DNA of 64,000 nucleotides from the human T2T-CHM13v2.0 reference genome, Homo sapiens. Below are positions 1 through 16,710 of this stretch, piece after piece (the first letter of the stretch is position 1; each line of letters begins with the position of its first letter). A program made the position numbers and the translations under genes. The stretch is taken from assembly GCF_009914755.1 (NCBI RefSeq), contig NC_060934.1; one strand, 5' to 3'. A model generated the notes under the pieces. That model had not been told where the DNA came from and did no database searches. It saw only the letters and a program-made list of their open reading frames with translations.

Positions 1-775
1 CCTTTGTGGGGTACTTTCCCCAGAGAGCTCAATACTTAGCTATTTTATTTAGAAAAAGAATTTCTGATCTTGAGTGAGAGGTGTCAAGAAGAGAGAATTG
101 GAAGGGGATGCATTAGGCATTTCTGGAGAAAACCATAAGGATAGAGACCTATAATAAGGACACAGCTAAAGTAGGGCATTGTGAGTTGTATGAGGGCACC
201 GAAAGCTTAGGGCTGGGAGAGAGTTCTAGGAGGTGGGAGAAGAATTCACAAAGGAAGGGGAAAAGATGGACTTCCGGTGCTTTGTAAATCCACCCAGGCT
301 TGGTGGCAGTCACTGCTATTTATAGATGAAAAGGCATCCCTGTGCTTTCAAGTGTCAACAAGAGAAAAGAAAATAAACCTGAGACGTGGGTCAGAGAGAC
401 CTGAATTGTCAGTTCTGCTCAGTTTGCTAAGACAACTTCTCTGAGCCTCAATTTCCTCATTTATAAAATAAGGACAAAAATATCATTCTTGATACTAAGT
501 GCCCAAAGCAAGGTGCACAACTATGTATAGTGTGGTCCCATTTGCCTTGTTTAGGAAAAGTAGCATATTACTCAAGTATCACTCTATATACACGAAGCGA
601 AGCGGTAGCCGTGGTTATTTCAGGAGAGGAAGCATTGGAGTGGTATGAGACTTCACATTCCACTGTATAGTCCTCTGGCCTTTTTAGAATTAAGTGCTAG
701 GTATGTGTTTTAACTATTCTAATGAATTCATTAATTGCATAAGAATATCTCTCTCCCAGAGTTGTTGCAAAGAAA

Positions 776-1065
776 ACGCCTGTAATCCCAGCACTTTGGG
801 AGGATGAGGTGGGTGGATTGCTTGAGGTCAGGAGTTCAAGACTAGCCTGACCAACATGGTGAAACCCCGTCTCTACTAAAAGTACAAAAGTTAGCCAGGC
901 GTGGTGGTGCAGGCCTGTAATTGTAGCTACTCAGGAGGCTGAGGCAGGAGAATCCCTTGAACCCAGGAGGCGGAGTTTGCAGTGAGCTGCCATCTCACCA
1001 CTGCACTCCAATCCAGCCTGGGCGACAGAGGGAGATTCCGTCTCTAAATAAATAAAAAAATAAAA
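776..1065 (+). mobile_element. AluS, slightly 5'-truncated
   Basis: Dimeric Alu starting acgcctgtaatcccagcactttgggagg, with A-rich tail. Confidence 0.95.
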
Positions 1066-1718
1066 TATATTGTGGGTCTAAAGATATAACACATTCTGTG
1101 CAAAGGTGTTCTGAACAAACAGTGACCCAGGGACCTATCTCATATTTTTGTTGTTCTTCTAAATATATATTTTATTTACTATAAAATGTTTACTTTTTTT
1201 CCGAAAAAGATACTATAAATTATTCAAAGCCCAGTACATTTCACCATTGCTTTCCACAGGTAAAATAGGTTTCTTGGATCACTATCAAAGTTTTTAAAAA
1301 GCAAGCCTGAGAGCCCAGAAAAGCACAATTCAGTAAAATCAAACACTCATCCAAGAGACTTATTTGTTCCAAAAGCTAAATATGGAAAATTGGATGTCCA
1401 AATGGAATACCAAAGGTTGTCATTTGGGGATTAAGAAATAGTACTGTTGTGATTAGGAAATTGCACAGAAATTAGATCTCTCTTCTTCTGTACCCTACAA
1501 GAGTAGGAGGTGAGAAATTAAGATCTGGAGGCATTTTTGATCTAGAGTCACATGAATAGCACAGGAACTGTTATTTAAAGCCAAAATATTCTGATAATTA
1601 AGAAAATCCTTGATGAATAAAATGCCTCATTTCAGATCTCTTCCTTTTAGACGTTGTCACTTCCGTTCCTTCATATTTGGCCATGGAAATGATAATCCCT
1701 CAGAAGAATTTTCGATGA

Positions 1719-2131
<413 letters not shown>

Positions 2132-3914
2132 TTTGGAGAGCATTTTCTTACACTCTTACATTCGCTGAATTACTTAGGATGGCTCCATCCCAAGGATGCT
2201 GATCACCTCGCTGTTCCAAATTGCTTAGGTTATAATTCAGAATTCTTATTCTCCCAGACTCTACACGAGCTCTAAGTGGTAATTTCATTTTTAAGTTGTG
2301 AGATAACCGTATGTTTACCCAGCATAATTAATTTTCCCTTGGAAAATGTTCCTTTAATTATGTTTTGCATATTTGAATGATTCCGATTTTGCACCTGTGT
2401 TCAGAGGCACCTGATTCTAATGAATTGATTACCTAGGCTAGAGAATGAATATAATTATATTTTGCCTACTTTGATGATGAACTTTTCATGTGTGACCTAG
2501 CTGGCATTTTTGTACCCTATCTTATCACCTCATTAACTCCATTAAGACGTTTCAGTGATATTTAACATCTTATAGAAATTTAGTCAAATTTATATTATAA
2601 CTAATATTACAGAGCCAAGACAACTTGGCGTTCTCTTCTCGCTTTCTCTGAGAAACTTACTAACTTGGAACTTCTCTCGGCCAATTATTTTCACTGTTTT
2701 ATCCCCTCACAGGCATTTTTATTTGTTTTGCTTTGACAATTTTTCTTTGACGACCACTTTGTCTGTTCAATCAAGTCTCCAACATACACACAAAATAAAA
2801 ATTTGGAGGAGTTTTTCAAATCATTTGAGCCAATATCATATTTTGTGTTTAGATTATTGGGCTAAGGAGAGCACGGCTCCAATTTTCTTTCCTGCCTTAT
2901 CCAGACAACAGTCTAATTACCCTTTCTATTCCAGCTGTGAAAGCCAACCCGTGGGAAGAGAAATGATTCTTTTTCCAGGTCCCAAAGCAAGTTATTAGCA
3001 GCTGTGAACCCAGGAATCTCTACTGTCTCCACAGGTGCCCAACAAATATGACCTCATGTTGCCACTGAATTGGAAGAAGATATTTTTCCTTTCTTCTGAG
3101 AACTATGGCATGTTATTGCTGCTACTGATTTCATTCCACCTTAGAATTACTGATGTTGTCCTAGTTATTTTAAATCTGTTCTGGAAAATAGTTTAAATAA
3201 GTGCAATAATATCAGTCGTATTACTGGGACTCATGTTTTCAGAGAAAATGCCTTTAAAATGAAACAACTTTTACTTAGGAGTTTTGTTAAGTAAGTATAA
3301 ATTATAGGCATGTGTCAATGATATAATAGGATAGAGATACAGGAATAGACCAGTGTCACCACACACACACACAAAATGTTTAGAGATTTAATTAGAAGAA
3401 AGGACAGCTAGATAATAAAAATTTAATACAAAAGATTGCCAAATCTAAAATTACAGACTAAAGATGAGTTGCCATTTTAAGAATGTGCCTTTTTATAGAG
3501 CTGGTCATCAGGTTTAAGCAGAGCTGAACAGATGAATATTATCCAGCCTAGGAGAGGAAGATTCCTTCTCTCTGAAACAAACAGCACTTTAATCGACACC
3601 CGAGGGAAGGAAAATTCCTCATGCCTTTTTCTCATCCATTCGTTTTTACATAAAACACATATTCAGAATTTATAATGTTTCAATACTGATATTGAAATAA
3701 TATGACTTATTTTGAGCCCCACATAAAAGTAACAGTTCTCCCATACTTTTTTTAAAGGAATGACCAATTAAGCTTTTTAAATTGATTTTTACTTGTCTCT
3801 ATATTTAAGAAATTTAAATTTACCTTTTTTTTCTTATTTTCTTTTTAATTGTTCTTTTCATTTAAGGAAATACATTCAAACTCACAGTTTTCCTGTTTGG
3901 TAGTCAACACTCTT

Positions 3915-4015
3915 AGTGGACAGGAATGTTGACTGTCTTTTTCACACTGTATCCCCAGCACTTTGAACCACACTGTTACTTAAGTAGGTGATAGAAAACA
4001 TTTGCAGAATGAATG
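3915..4015 (+). mobile_element. L2 3'-end fragment
   Basis: ctgtatccccagcact...acatttgcagaatgaatg resembles the L2 3' terminus. Confidence 0.6.
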
Positions 4016-4350
4016 GATCCATAACATATTAAAGACACAGATTAGGAGTTCATTGGCAAAATATGCATTATGATGATGTCTCATAAATGTAAATAAATTT
4101 CATAGTATTGTTGGGACTCAGAAAATAATACCTCAAAATGAAGGTCTCAGAAGCAAAAATTTTTTTTCTTTTTCCTGCCCTCCGTCTCTCATCCCATTCT
4201 CTCCCAAGGCTAGCCATGGAAACTAGAATCTTTCTTCCCCAAGGCAGGTCATAGAACCAGAAATGTTTTTCCCCCAAACCAGCTAAAAAACCTAAAAATA
4301 TCATTCTAACTCCCCCATCCCAAAGTTTCCATGTAAAAACCAGCCATAAG

Positions 4351-4635
4351 GGCTGGATGTGGTGGCTCTTGAACAATCCCAGCATTTTGGGGTGCCAAGG
4401 TGGGAGGAGCACTTGAGTCCAGGAGTTTGAGACCTGCCTGGGACCCAGACTCTACAAAAAATTAAAAAATTAGATGGGTATGGTGGTACAAGTTTGTAAT
4501 CCCAGCTACTCAGGAGGCTAAGGCCAGAGAATTGCTTGGGTCCAGGAATTTGAGGCTGCAGTGAACTGTAATCGCGCTACTGTACGTAGCCTGGGTGCCA
4601 GAGGAAAACCCTGTCTCAAACGAAACAAAACAAAT
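4351..4635 (+). mobile_element. AluJ nested in the LTR
   Basis: AluJ-type gaggctgcagtgaactgtaatc; agccataag repeated on both sides. Confidence 0.9.
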
Positions 4636-4679
4636 AACCCACAAGCCATAAGGAAATTATTTGATCTACCTTGTTTGAC

Positions 4680-5040
4680 TGATACGGTTGGCTGTGTCCC
4701 CACCCAAATCTCATCTTGAATTGTAACTCCCATAATTCCTTCGTGTTGTAGGAGGGAGCCGGTGGGAGATAATTGAATCATGGGGGTGCTTTCTCCCATA
4801 CTGTTCTCATGGTTGTGAGTAAGTCTCACGAGATCTGATGCTTTTATAAGGAGAAACCCCTTTTTGCTTGGCTCTCTCTCTTTGCCTGCTGCCATCCATG
4901 TAAGATGTGACTTGCTCCTCCTTGCCTTCACCATGATTGTGAGGCCTCCCCAGGCATGCAGAACTGTAAGTCCATTAAACCCATTTTTCTTCCTGGTCTC
5001 GGGTATGTCTTTATCAGCAGCAGGAAAACAGACAAATACA
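4680..5040 (+). mobile_element. THE1 (MaLR) solo LTR
   Basis: tgatacggttggctgtgtccccacccaaatctc...aaataca; 5-bp TSD ttgac at 4675-4679 and 5041-5045. Confidence 0.93.
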
Positions 5041-5315
5041 TTGACTATAGGTCATAAGACCCTCATTCCAGAGAGGGTTGTGCCCCATTCCCAGATGGAA
5101 AAATTGCTGCACAGAGAGGCCAAGAAGAATCTAGATAGAAAGTCCTTGCTGGGTTTCCCCACTCAGTCCATTAACATTAGATCAGACCCTTTTGTCCAAG
5201 CCTATTTCTACATGGCTGTTCATATTCTGTTGCACCTAAGTAAAAAATTGACAATTACCTTTGTATCTTTGGGTCTTCACCTAAAGGCATTCACATCACA
5301 TAAAACTAAGATCAA

Positions 5316-5619
<304 letters not shown>

Positions 5620-5960
5620 TTAAGATCAAATAAATGTGTATGCTTTTTCTCGTTAATCTGCTTCTTTTCAGTGATTTCCAGTGAACCTTCAGAGGGTGAA
5701 GAGAAAGTTTTCACTTGGCCCAGACAGTATCTTGAGTTTTTTTTTAATTTCGGAGGCTTCTTGAATTTGAAAATGGCAGATCTATGGAATTCACCAGCAT
5801 GATAAACACACAGACCATAACATTTTCTGCTTCTGAAACCCTGGCAAGCCAGACTAAATTCCATTTTTATTGGGGAAAGGAGGCAAGTTCTCCAGTGATG
5901 TCCTCATCTGCAGTATTCTTTCAGGAACAGAAAAAGCAGAAAGTGTACAATAATAGCTGG

Positions 5961-6105
5961 GGCCAGGCACAGTAGCTCGTGCCTGTAATCCCAGCACTTT
6001 GGGAACCCAAGGTGGAAGGATCATTTGAGGCCAGGAGTTTAAAACCAGCCTGGAATACATAGCGAGACCCCATCTGTACAAAAAAATAAATAAATAAAAC
6101 ATAAA
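5961..6105 (+). mobile_element. Alu left monomer (FLAM_C-like)
   Basis: Single left arm plus A-rich tail; aataatagct on both sides. Confidence 0.85.
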
Positions 6106-6972
6106 ATAATAGCTTATTGATCAAGATCCACAGCTATAAGAAGTGCACCCACCACACCCACTCACAGCATAGGAGCAAGTGGTAGAAGGCAGAAAGAGAA
6201 TCATTCTTAACACAGAAGCAAGAGATTTTCAGCCTCAGCATCTGAGAGTGGCCTTTCCAGAGGCTCTGGTGAAGCCGCCTTGTCCTAAACTGATGTGGAG
6301 TCCTGTAATAATCAGTTAAAGGCTTTGTTAGTGGCGTGGGTATGTTATATGGCTCTGGATTTAGCGGGTGGAAGAAAGTCAAAAACCTTTGAAAAATGTA
6401 GGCTAAAATGCTTTTCTCTGTGGTCCAGTTGTGAGTTCTGTCCCTCTGCTGTGATTCTCAGGGAACACTTCGCATGCACGGATTGGCTTCCTTGTTCCTT
6501 AACTGGATGACTCCTAAATTTGACCTCCAGCTTTGTCCTCTCTAATGAACAGAAAACACTCCTGTTTCTGGAAGCTTCCTGGATATCTCGCCACTGTGAT
6601 TTCCCACCAGCACCTCACTTAAGTTCTTATCTGCTCCTCCTGCCCAAACTAAACCTTCCTCTTGGCCTATTTCCTATGATGATGCTATTGAGCCACTGTC
6701 AAGCCTCGCAGGTTAGATTTCCTAGATTTATCTTTATCTTTAATTTCTCCCCCTCTTTTCACCTCTTCAATATATTTTCTCTGTCACCACCTTCCCCTCT
6801 TCTAGCATCGAAACTGGTCCCTTGACTTCACTTACTTCCTAACCTGATCGATCCTATATGGCACTTCCAAAATATTTTTCTTCAGAGTTGTCACACGTAG
6901 GTCTCATGCCATGCTGCTGTTCCAAGAACAAATTTGCAGTTTCTCTCCATTGCAAGGCAGTTGAGATGAAAC

Positions 6973-7780
6973 TGAGTAGGAGATGGGTAGGACTTATTTC
7001 CCAGTCTCAAGAGGATGAAGTGAAGAAACTAGGCTGGGATCACACCTGTAACCTCAGCACTTTGGGAGGCTGAAGCAGGAGGATGGCTTGAACCCAGGAG
7101 TTCAAGACCAGCCTGGGCAACATAGCAAGACCCTGTCTCTACAAAAATTAGCTGGGCATGTTGATTTGTGCCTGTGGTCTCAACTACTCAGGAAACTGAG
7201 GTGGGAGGATTGCTAGAGCCTGGGAGATCAAGGCTGCAGTGAGCTATGATCATGCCACCGTAGTCCAGCCTGGGCAACAGAGTGGGACCCTGTCTCAAAA
7301 AAAGAAAAGGCAAAAAAAAAAAAAAAAAAAGAAAGGAAAGAAACCAACCAGCAGGAACCAGCAGAAGATGAGGAAAGTGATCACCAGCTATCTTCATTGC
7401 TTATTAGCACAAGACACTCCCCCCAGCGCCATGACAGTTTACAAATGCCATGGCAACAACCCAGGAAATTACTTCTCCTTTCCATGGTAACAACCTGGAA
7501 GTTACTGCCTCATTTCCTAAAAGTTCAAAGTAACTCCCCCTCAATTTGCATGTAACTGAAAGTGGGCTCACGTGAGTATGAATACAGTAGCCAACAGCCC
7601 AGGCTGTTGCTGATTGTGGTGCCCTGCTTGTGAGTTAGCTCTACTCCATAGGGAGCAGTAGCATCCAATTAAAAGATTGCTGTCTTAACTCTACTGGCTC
7701 ATCCTTGATTTCTTTCCTGGGTGAAGCCAAGAAACTTCGTGGGCTTAGCGCCACTTTGACGGCTCACCTGTCCTGCATTA
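6973..7780 (+). mobile_element. ERV1 LTR, MER66/MER4-group-like, interrupted by an AluJ
   Basis: agacactcccccagcgccatgacagtttacaaatgccatggcaac motif; end gggtgaagccaagaa...cctgcatta. Confidence 0.7.
7032..7340 (+). mobile_element. AluJ
   Basis: Dimeric Alu with gagctatgatcatgccac and A-tail. Confidence 0.93.
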
Positions 7781-8079
7781 ACTCCACAGTCAATATCCAA
7801 ACTACAAACTATACCCTTGTTGTTATCAGCACCGGGACACCAAGGTTCAACATCTGTGTGAGCTCAGATATCAACTTTTTATGTGTCAGTTACTTCACTT
7901 GAAAAGTGTTCTGTTAGGGTTGTGTAAAGATTGAGTTAATATATGTATATTAGGCACTTAGAATAGTACCAAGCGCTTAGTAGGTATTATATTGGTGTTT
8001 CTTGTTATGACCAGTCTTAGAGCCTAACAAATAGAAACACCATTTCCCAAACATGTCTTCACGTTTATCATTTCTCAAC

Positions 8080-8433
8080 TGATAGAGTTTGGCTCTGTGT
8101 CCACACCCAGATTTTATCTTGAATTGTAATCCTCCTGTGTAAAGGGAGGGACCTAGTGGAAGGTGATTGGATTACGAGGACAGTTTCCCTCATGCTGTTC
8201 TTGTGATAGTGATTGAATTCTCACGAGATCTGATGGTTTTATAAATGGTAGTTTTTCCTGAGCTCTCTTGTGGGTCCCCACGTAAGACGTGCCTGCTTCC
8301 TCTTCTGCCAAGATCGTAAGTTTCCTGAGACCTCCCCAGCCATGTGAAACTGTGAGTCAATTAAACTTCTTTCCTTTATAAATTACCCAGTCTTGGGCAG
8401 TTCTTTATAGCAATGTGAAAAAGGACTAATACG
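8080..8433 (+). mobile_element. THE1D/MSTA-type MaLR solo LTR
   Basis: tgatagagtttggctctgtgtcc...ggactaatacg; flanks tcaac/tgaac. Confidence 0.88.
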
Positions 8434-9599
8434 TGAACTTTTGCTCAAATTGTTCCCTCTGCCTTCAATGACCTTTTCGTCATATAAAGTCTACCCATTT
8501 TTCAAAGTCTACCGCAAATACCAATACTTCCCTTGAAATTTTCACTTAAAAGTCTTGTCTTTTTTTGAATTCAGGATAATACATCTGCCCCAACTACCTT
8601 TATTCGTAAGAAATAAAATAATATACACTTCGGTATTTTAAAGTCTCTATGTAAGATGATATTCTATAGAGCTGTTATATTACTAAGTTGGTCTTTTTGT
8701 TACAGCCATACTCCAAAAATTTTCATTATGTTATTTTATTTCATTTGTCAGTGAATTTGAAATCATTTTCAAGAGCAAAATTAGAAACAAAATCCCAGCT
8801 TTAGGAAGAAATAAATCAGAGCTTTCCAAAACTAATATTTTAGGATTTACGAAGGTTTTTAAGAGAGAAGAGTTTAAATATTTTTAAAGTATAGACTTAT
8901 AAAGCATTTCTGGGGAATCTGAAGAAACAAATATAGCATTACACCAGTATTATGCTATTTAATTTTATTTCAATCAGGTGATTTTAAAGTTTGAATGGCT
9001 ATTTTTTTTTCTTTCAACTGTATTTTCTCTGCTATATTTCATGCATTGTAAGACTTTAAAGGTTGGCCCCTTGTGGAGACAAATTACACCTGGGGAAATT
9101 AGCCCAGGTGTTGGCAATTAATTGTGGAGCCAGAAACTCCCCAGTGATGTGAGACGGAGCCTTCCCACCGTGTTCTCTGGACTCCTTTTTCTAAGATGCT
9201 GGCTCTTCAATTTTAATGAGGGAAAAGTGCCCCCCTGTGGTTTGTACTTGGACTTGGTTTGTTTTTTTTTTTTTTTTCAATGTAAATATTATGTTCTTTC
9301 CCAAGGAAAAGCCGGCAAAGCTAGGAAGAAGGCTGTACTCATCTGGATTCTAATTTTCTCCTCTTTGGGATCCTTATCAGTAGCAAATCACCTTTTAAGT
9401 CATCCCTTCACCCGTCCACCAGCCTCAAATCCATGCCCTCACACTATCCCACGTCCATTCTCACCTAGGTGCCTTCAGAGCCAGGATCCCTCCAAGAGCT
9501 CACCCATCCTAATGTTTTCAGGAGGGAAACAAACAGAAAATGCTTTCAGTAATGGTCTGTGCTGGACTCCTCCCTCCTTTCTCTAGTTATTCTTTTCCC

Positions 9600-11770
<2,171 letters not shown>

Positions 11771-11849
11771 GTATATAGTGGTAGGAAAAATATCTCCTTT
11801 TTTCACTTTTTCACTTTGTTACAGAAACTCTGAATTTTAACTAGAGTTA

Positions 11850-12260
11850 TATCCATCCAGAATTAAGACTGCCTTTACCATCCTCTCTTGCAGCTAGATA
11901 TGACCTCGTAATTAAGTTCTGGTCAATGGGATATGAGTAGAAGTTGATGTGATCATCTTTTGCTTGTAACTTTAAAAAGGGCCACCCTATCAGGAATCCC
12001 GTAGATTGCTTCTGGAGGTAGAGAGTATGCATGTAAGAAGAGAGGTTAAATGAAGCTTCCTTTCCCATCACCCATATCAGAAATGGGTATGTCTTCCAGT
12101 TCCTTGTTTCTGGTGGCTGAAATGCAGATATAATGGTGGTATCCAGAGTAACAATAGTGGATCATACAGATGAGGCCAGCACCTCAGGATGACACAACAA
12201 CATAATAGTAGGAGAATAGGCCCCCATACCATGAAATTGCCGCATTAATCCTGAACTGCT
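11850..12260. mobile_element. Old ERVL LTR fragment (LTR33-like), split by a ~100-bp insertion
   Basis: cttgcagctagatatgacctcgtaattaagttctggtcaatgggatatg resumes as ggctgaaatgcagatataatgg after ~12095. Confidence 0.55.
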
Positions 12261-13175
12261 GTTGAACAAACAACACACACTTGGAGAAAGTACTTAAATT
12301 TTTATGTATACCCTCATGTTTAAATGCCATATGGCTAGATATAAAAATCTTGGCTCAAAGTTCATTTCTCTTTGTTTTAAAATGCTAAGCCATTGTTTTC
12401 TTGTAACCAGCATTGCTATTGAAAAGTTTGATTTTTGTTTCTCTGTAGATGGTCTGCTGTTTATCTCCAGAAACTTATAATTCTCTTTGTCTTTGATGTT
12501 CTGAAATGTGACTATGGCATCTAGGCGAGGGAGTTTTTGTTGCTGTTTATTTATTTAATGTATTCATCATGCTTCATGCTTGGTGAGCACCTGTTCCAGT
12601 CAAGAATTCATCTTTAAACTCCTCAAAAGAATAGGCATTTTGAGTAGATAGTCTCCCTCAGTTACAACCTACTTGCCCTAGAGAGACAGAGGTGAAGAAA
12701 GTGCCAGAGTGTGGCTAGTCATTTTTCGTATACTGTTATAAACTCTTCATTCTTGGAAGGCTTTTGTTCTGCTCTGATATTAACCTGAAGACCCAGGCTA
12801 TAATGGCTGATTCCTGCAGTGAAGAGTGTAGCAACCATTAACCCAAGACCTTGGAAGAAAGAAGAAACAGCAGAACATTAAAGCTTTTTTCAAGCTGTGC
12901 TCTCACTGTGCCTGTGAGATCCTTCTCCTCAAGCTGTCTCTGTCGCTCCAGCCTGGCCCCCATTTCACCCACCATCCACACACAGGAGTTCACCCCACTG
13001 TTCACATTCCCCAGGATGTTCATGCCATATTTATGTTAGTTTCTCAGCTCCAAGCTTCTGTCTTACTACTAGATTCTCCAGGGTTGATTTGGGAAAAGAA
13101 AGCCAGCAACCCATCCTGGCTCACCATCCTAACGAAAAGCCAAAAATCAGATACAGGAATTGTTTACGAGGCTTT

Positions 13176-13322
13176 GGCTGGGTGGAGTTATGCACACCTG
13201 TAATCCCAGCACTTTGAGAGGCCAAGATGGGAGGATCACTTGAGCCTAGGAGTTCAAGATCAACCTGAGCAACATAGTGAGACCCCCGCCCCCCATCTCT
13301 AGAAGTAAATAAATATAAAAAG
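13176..13322 (+). mobile_element. FLAM_C-like Alu monomer
   Basis: Left-arm Alu sequence with short A-rich tail. Confidence 0.85.
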
Positions 13323-15049
13323 AAGTCTTAACAATTGGCAATATTGTTGCATTAATAGTCAGACTTTTAATCTGGAAGGAAGGGAAGTTACCTTCACTAG
13401 AGCCTGGAGAAGAAAGTAAATTCATCCAGATGCAACGTTGCTGGACTACCTGACCACTTTTCCACGCTCTGTAGGTGGCTACAAGGTACTCAGACAATCC
13501 CTGAGATCATCTCTGGTGAAAAACATGACCTGGGGAAGGGTAATATTTGGAAATTCCCTAGGAGGCCACCCTATCGGCCGTAGATTGAAGGTTAAGAGTA
13601 TGCATGTAAGAAGAGAGGTTAAATGAGGCTTCCTCTCCCATCACCCATCTCAGAAGCATATCACACATTGAACACAACCAAATAGGACTGTTCTGGGTAT
13701 GCTGTGGTTTTTGTTTTTTTTCCCCCAACTTTGCATGGTTGTTCATTATCTAAATAGGGATTGCCTTAGGCACCTAAGGGAAGGTCATCCTCTAGGCTGC
13801 TTTTTAGCATGTAAAAAATGCAGGGTGAAATTGTGAAAGGACTATTAATGTCTGCATAACTCATGGCTGCTGAGTCAACTTGACTTTGGCTGAGCCCAAG
13901 GACCATTTAGAAATCATAGCCTCCGGACATTGTCATACCCTGATGCCCAAAAGAAACTGTCTGGGGCTTCCATTAAACTGATGGATGTCAGGAATGGGTA
14001 TAAAAGTTCTAAAATCTTGCATGAGAAATTGGAAGGGTCTGAGTTTGTTCTCCTACCTTTTCCAAAGAAAAAAGGGAGAGATATCTAATCTTTTAAAGTA
14101 AGCATTAGAAAACTCCAAATCCAAATGACAGAAGAGCCACTTCTTAAAAAAAAAAAAAAAAAAGCAAATATCAACGGAAGGTGATATTGTTAGTAATCAA
14201 ACTGGATTGATCCAGATATAACACTATCATACACTACCTTTATTATCTGCTTCTCAAATTTCCTTCTCTCTATCGCATTATCTCCCTCTAGGGACACTTT
14301 TGCCTATCAGTATTAATTAAATGTGAATGTTAACATGTAGGAAGATTTATAACTTCCTTGGCCTGACAGCTGTGCTGAAACTGAAATGCATCAAAGAGGA
14401 TGAATGGCCCCGTCTGCCACCCATGAATGATGATCACTTCTCCAAATTGGCCAGAGAGTTTGAAAAAGTATTTTGGGGAACTTGCCAGCTAAGACTTTTC
14501 CATTCCACCTCCTCACCTCTTTCTAACCACTGCCACCATCATAAAAGAAGCACGTCTATATGAAGCACTGTGGAAAATTGGGGCCCAGGTGTGAAAAGTG
14601 AAAAAAGTGGAGTGAAGACCTGGTAATCAAATGCCAAATTGCAAAGTTGCAAAGAACAAATATTTTGGCCTAGAATCATCCCTATTTGTATCACAGCCAG
14701 TTTAAGCAAATAGAATAATATGTGTTCATATAATCTATCGGTACAGATTTAAAATGGGTCAGAAACAAAATTTTTGTCCTATTTTAGACTGTGGATCCAG
14801 ATGACAAAAACAATGGATGTCAAAACACCTCGGAAGTTTCAGAACAGAAAATAGAGAAAACAAATTTGACACTGGAGTCATCTCTGATCATGACATTTCA
14901 TACAGTTCTCAAAACCAACTTATCAAGAATTTAAAAACGTATCTATGTTATGGTTTATAGGAATTGCATGAAGCTTTATTCCACTTTTACTATGCATGCC
15001 ATCTATTTATATATTCAAAGAGTTTACATTAACATGACTTTACTATGAT

Positions 15050-15478
15050 GTCTTTGTAGCTTTATTAGTATAACTTGATTGGCATAACTTGACTCTTCCA
15101 GGGTACTCTTGCCCTCGGAAATGACTTGATTGTTCGTTACTGGAAGTTCCCAAAAGATCTGTCAGCTTTTCACTGGGAAGCATCAACTGTTGGTTTACAA
15201 TTCTGTCAGACTCTTGAACCCCTTGCCTCAAATTCTTTGCCATGCTACTTCCACTAACTCTAAATTGGTAAACATGATCCTGACCCAATCTTAGTCAAAC
15301 TCTTGCTTTGAAAGCCCCACCTTAAACCAAACTTCCGATTCTCAATAAAATCTGACCTTGCCTTTCTCCCTGAAACCCTGTAGAAACTCTGCCAAGGGAG
15401 CATTCTCCCAGAGCGTGGTAAGCAGTAAACTCAGCTTTGTCTTACCAACAAGCTGTGTTGATGAGAGCTGAGAAACAT
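15050..15478 (+). mobile_element. Old ERV1 LTR (MER110/MER90-like)
   Basis: 3' motif gtaagcagtaaactcagctttgtcttaccaacaag resembles recalled MER110/MER90 ends. Confidence 0.45.
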
Positions 15479-15759
15479 TCAACAGAAGAGCATGCAATAT
15501 TGCTATATATTCATTAAAAGCATTTAGAGCATACAGAAAAAAGAATGACATAAATGACAAATTATTTTTCACTTTAGTAAAGATTTACGTGGGAAAGAGG
15601 CTGATGGAGAGATTTTCAATTGTAATAAATAGTAAATGTGTGGGTCTTGTGCTGCATATATGCATGCCCTGTATAAAGCAGCAAACCTCCTGCCCAGCAC
15701 CCCTATTCCTCATATCTTGTTGCCCTTTTTGGTGGGTGGAGGAACGATGGTGGGAGCTT

Positions 15760-16710
15760 CAACACTTACCACCATCTGACACACAAACATACACATTTGC
15801 TTATTTGTTTACTGTCTGTCTCTACATTCAGTCCTAATATAATTGCCCAGTGAGTTCTTCCTGACTGATGTACAGGAAAAACCACTTCACTTAACCTGTG
15901 GTATTGCAGTAGAGAAAGAGTTTAATTAACCCAAGGTCTCCAAGTGGAAGGACTGGAGTTATTACTCAAATCAGTCTCCCTGAGAACTAAGGGGCTAGGG
16001 ATTTTATGGATAATTTGGTGGATAGGGGCCAGGGAATGGGTACTGCTGATTGGTTGTGGGTGAAACTATAGGGGTGTGGAAAACAGTCCTCCTGCACTAA
16101 GTCCATCTCTGAGTAGGGGCCACAGACCCATTTGAGTCATGAATCACAAATCCAGGTGGGGTCAGTCAGTTGCCAGAATGCAAAAGTCTGAAAAACATCT
16201 CAAAAGACAAATGTTAGGTTCTACAATAGTGATGTTGTCTATGGGTGCACCTGGGGAAGTCACGATTCTTGTGACCTCTGGCCACATGACGCCTGAGCAG
16301 TAAAGGATCATAGAAACTACACCCGCATTTTAGCAGATTTCAGGCCCTCTTGTAATCTTAATCTTGTGGCCTTTTATTAGCCTTACAAAGGCAGTTTCAG
16401 TCCCTGAACAAGGAGGGGATCAGTTTTAGGGAGGGTCTGTTATCATCCTTCCTTCCAAGTTAAACTATAAACTAAATTCCTCCCATGGTTAGTTTGGCCT
16501 CTGCCCAGAATTGAGTGAGGACAGCTGGCCTGTGAGGCTAGAAGCAAGACGGAGTCAGCCACACTAGATTCCTCTCACTGTCATAATCTTTGCAAAGTTG
16601 GTTTCACTAACTCAAATATAAACTTCATGAGGGCAGGGACTTGGTTTATTCTGTGCTGTATCCTCAGCACCTAGAACACTGCCACATTTACAGTGAATAT
16701 TTGTTTAAAG
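15760..16710 (+). mobile_element. L2 3' end split by LTR8
   Basis: ttatttgtttactgtctgtctc joins ataaacttcatgagggcagggact...gaatatttg once LTR8 is removed. Confidence 0.7.
15838..16606 (-). mobile_element. LTR8-family ERV1 solo LTR
   Basis: Reverse complement starts tgaaaccaactttgcaaagattatgacag; 4-bp TSD ctaa at 15834-15837 and 16607-16610. Confidence 0.88.

Noticed and set aside
3015-3150. Possible splice acceptor ctactgtctccacag/gt and exon
   Set aside because: Motif only; no convincing donor, reading frame or homology. A non-coding exon cannot be excluded without RNA data.
14146-14163. Orphan A18 as the tail of a processed pseudogene
   Set aside because: No TSD, poly(A) signal or recognisable upstream mRNA body.
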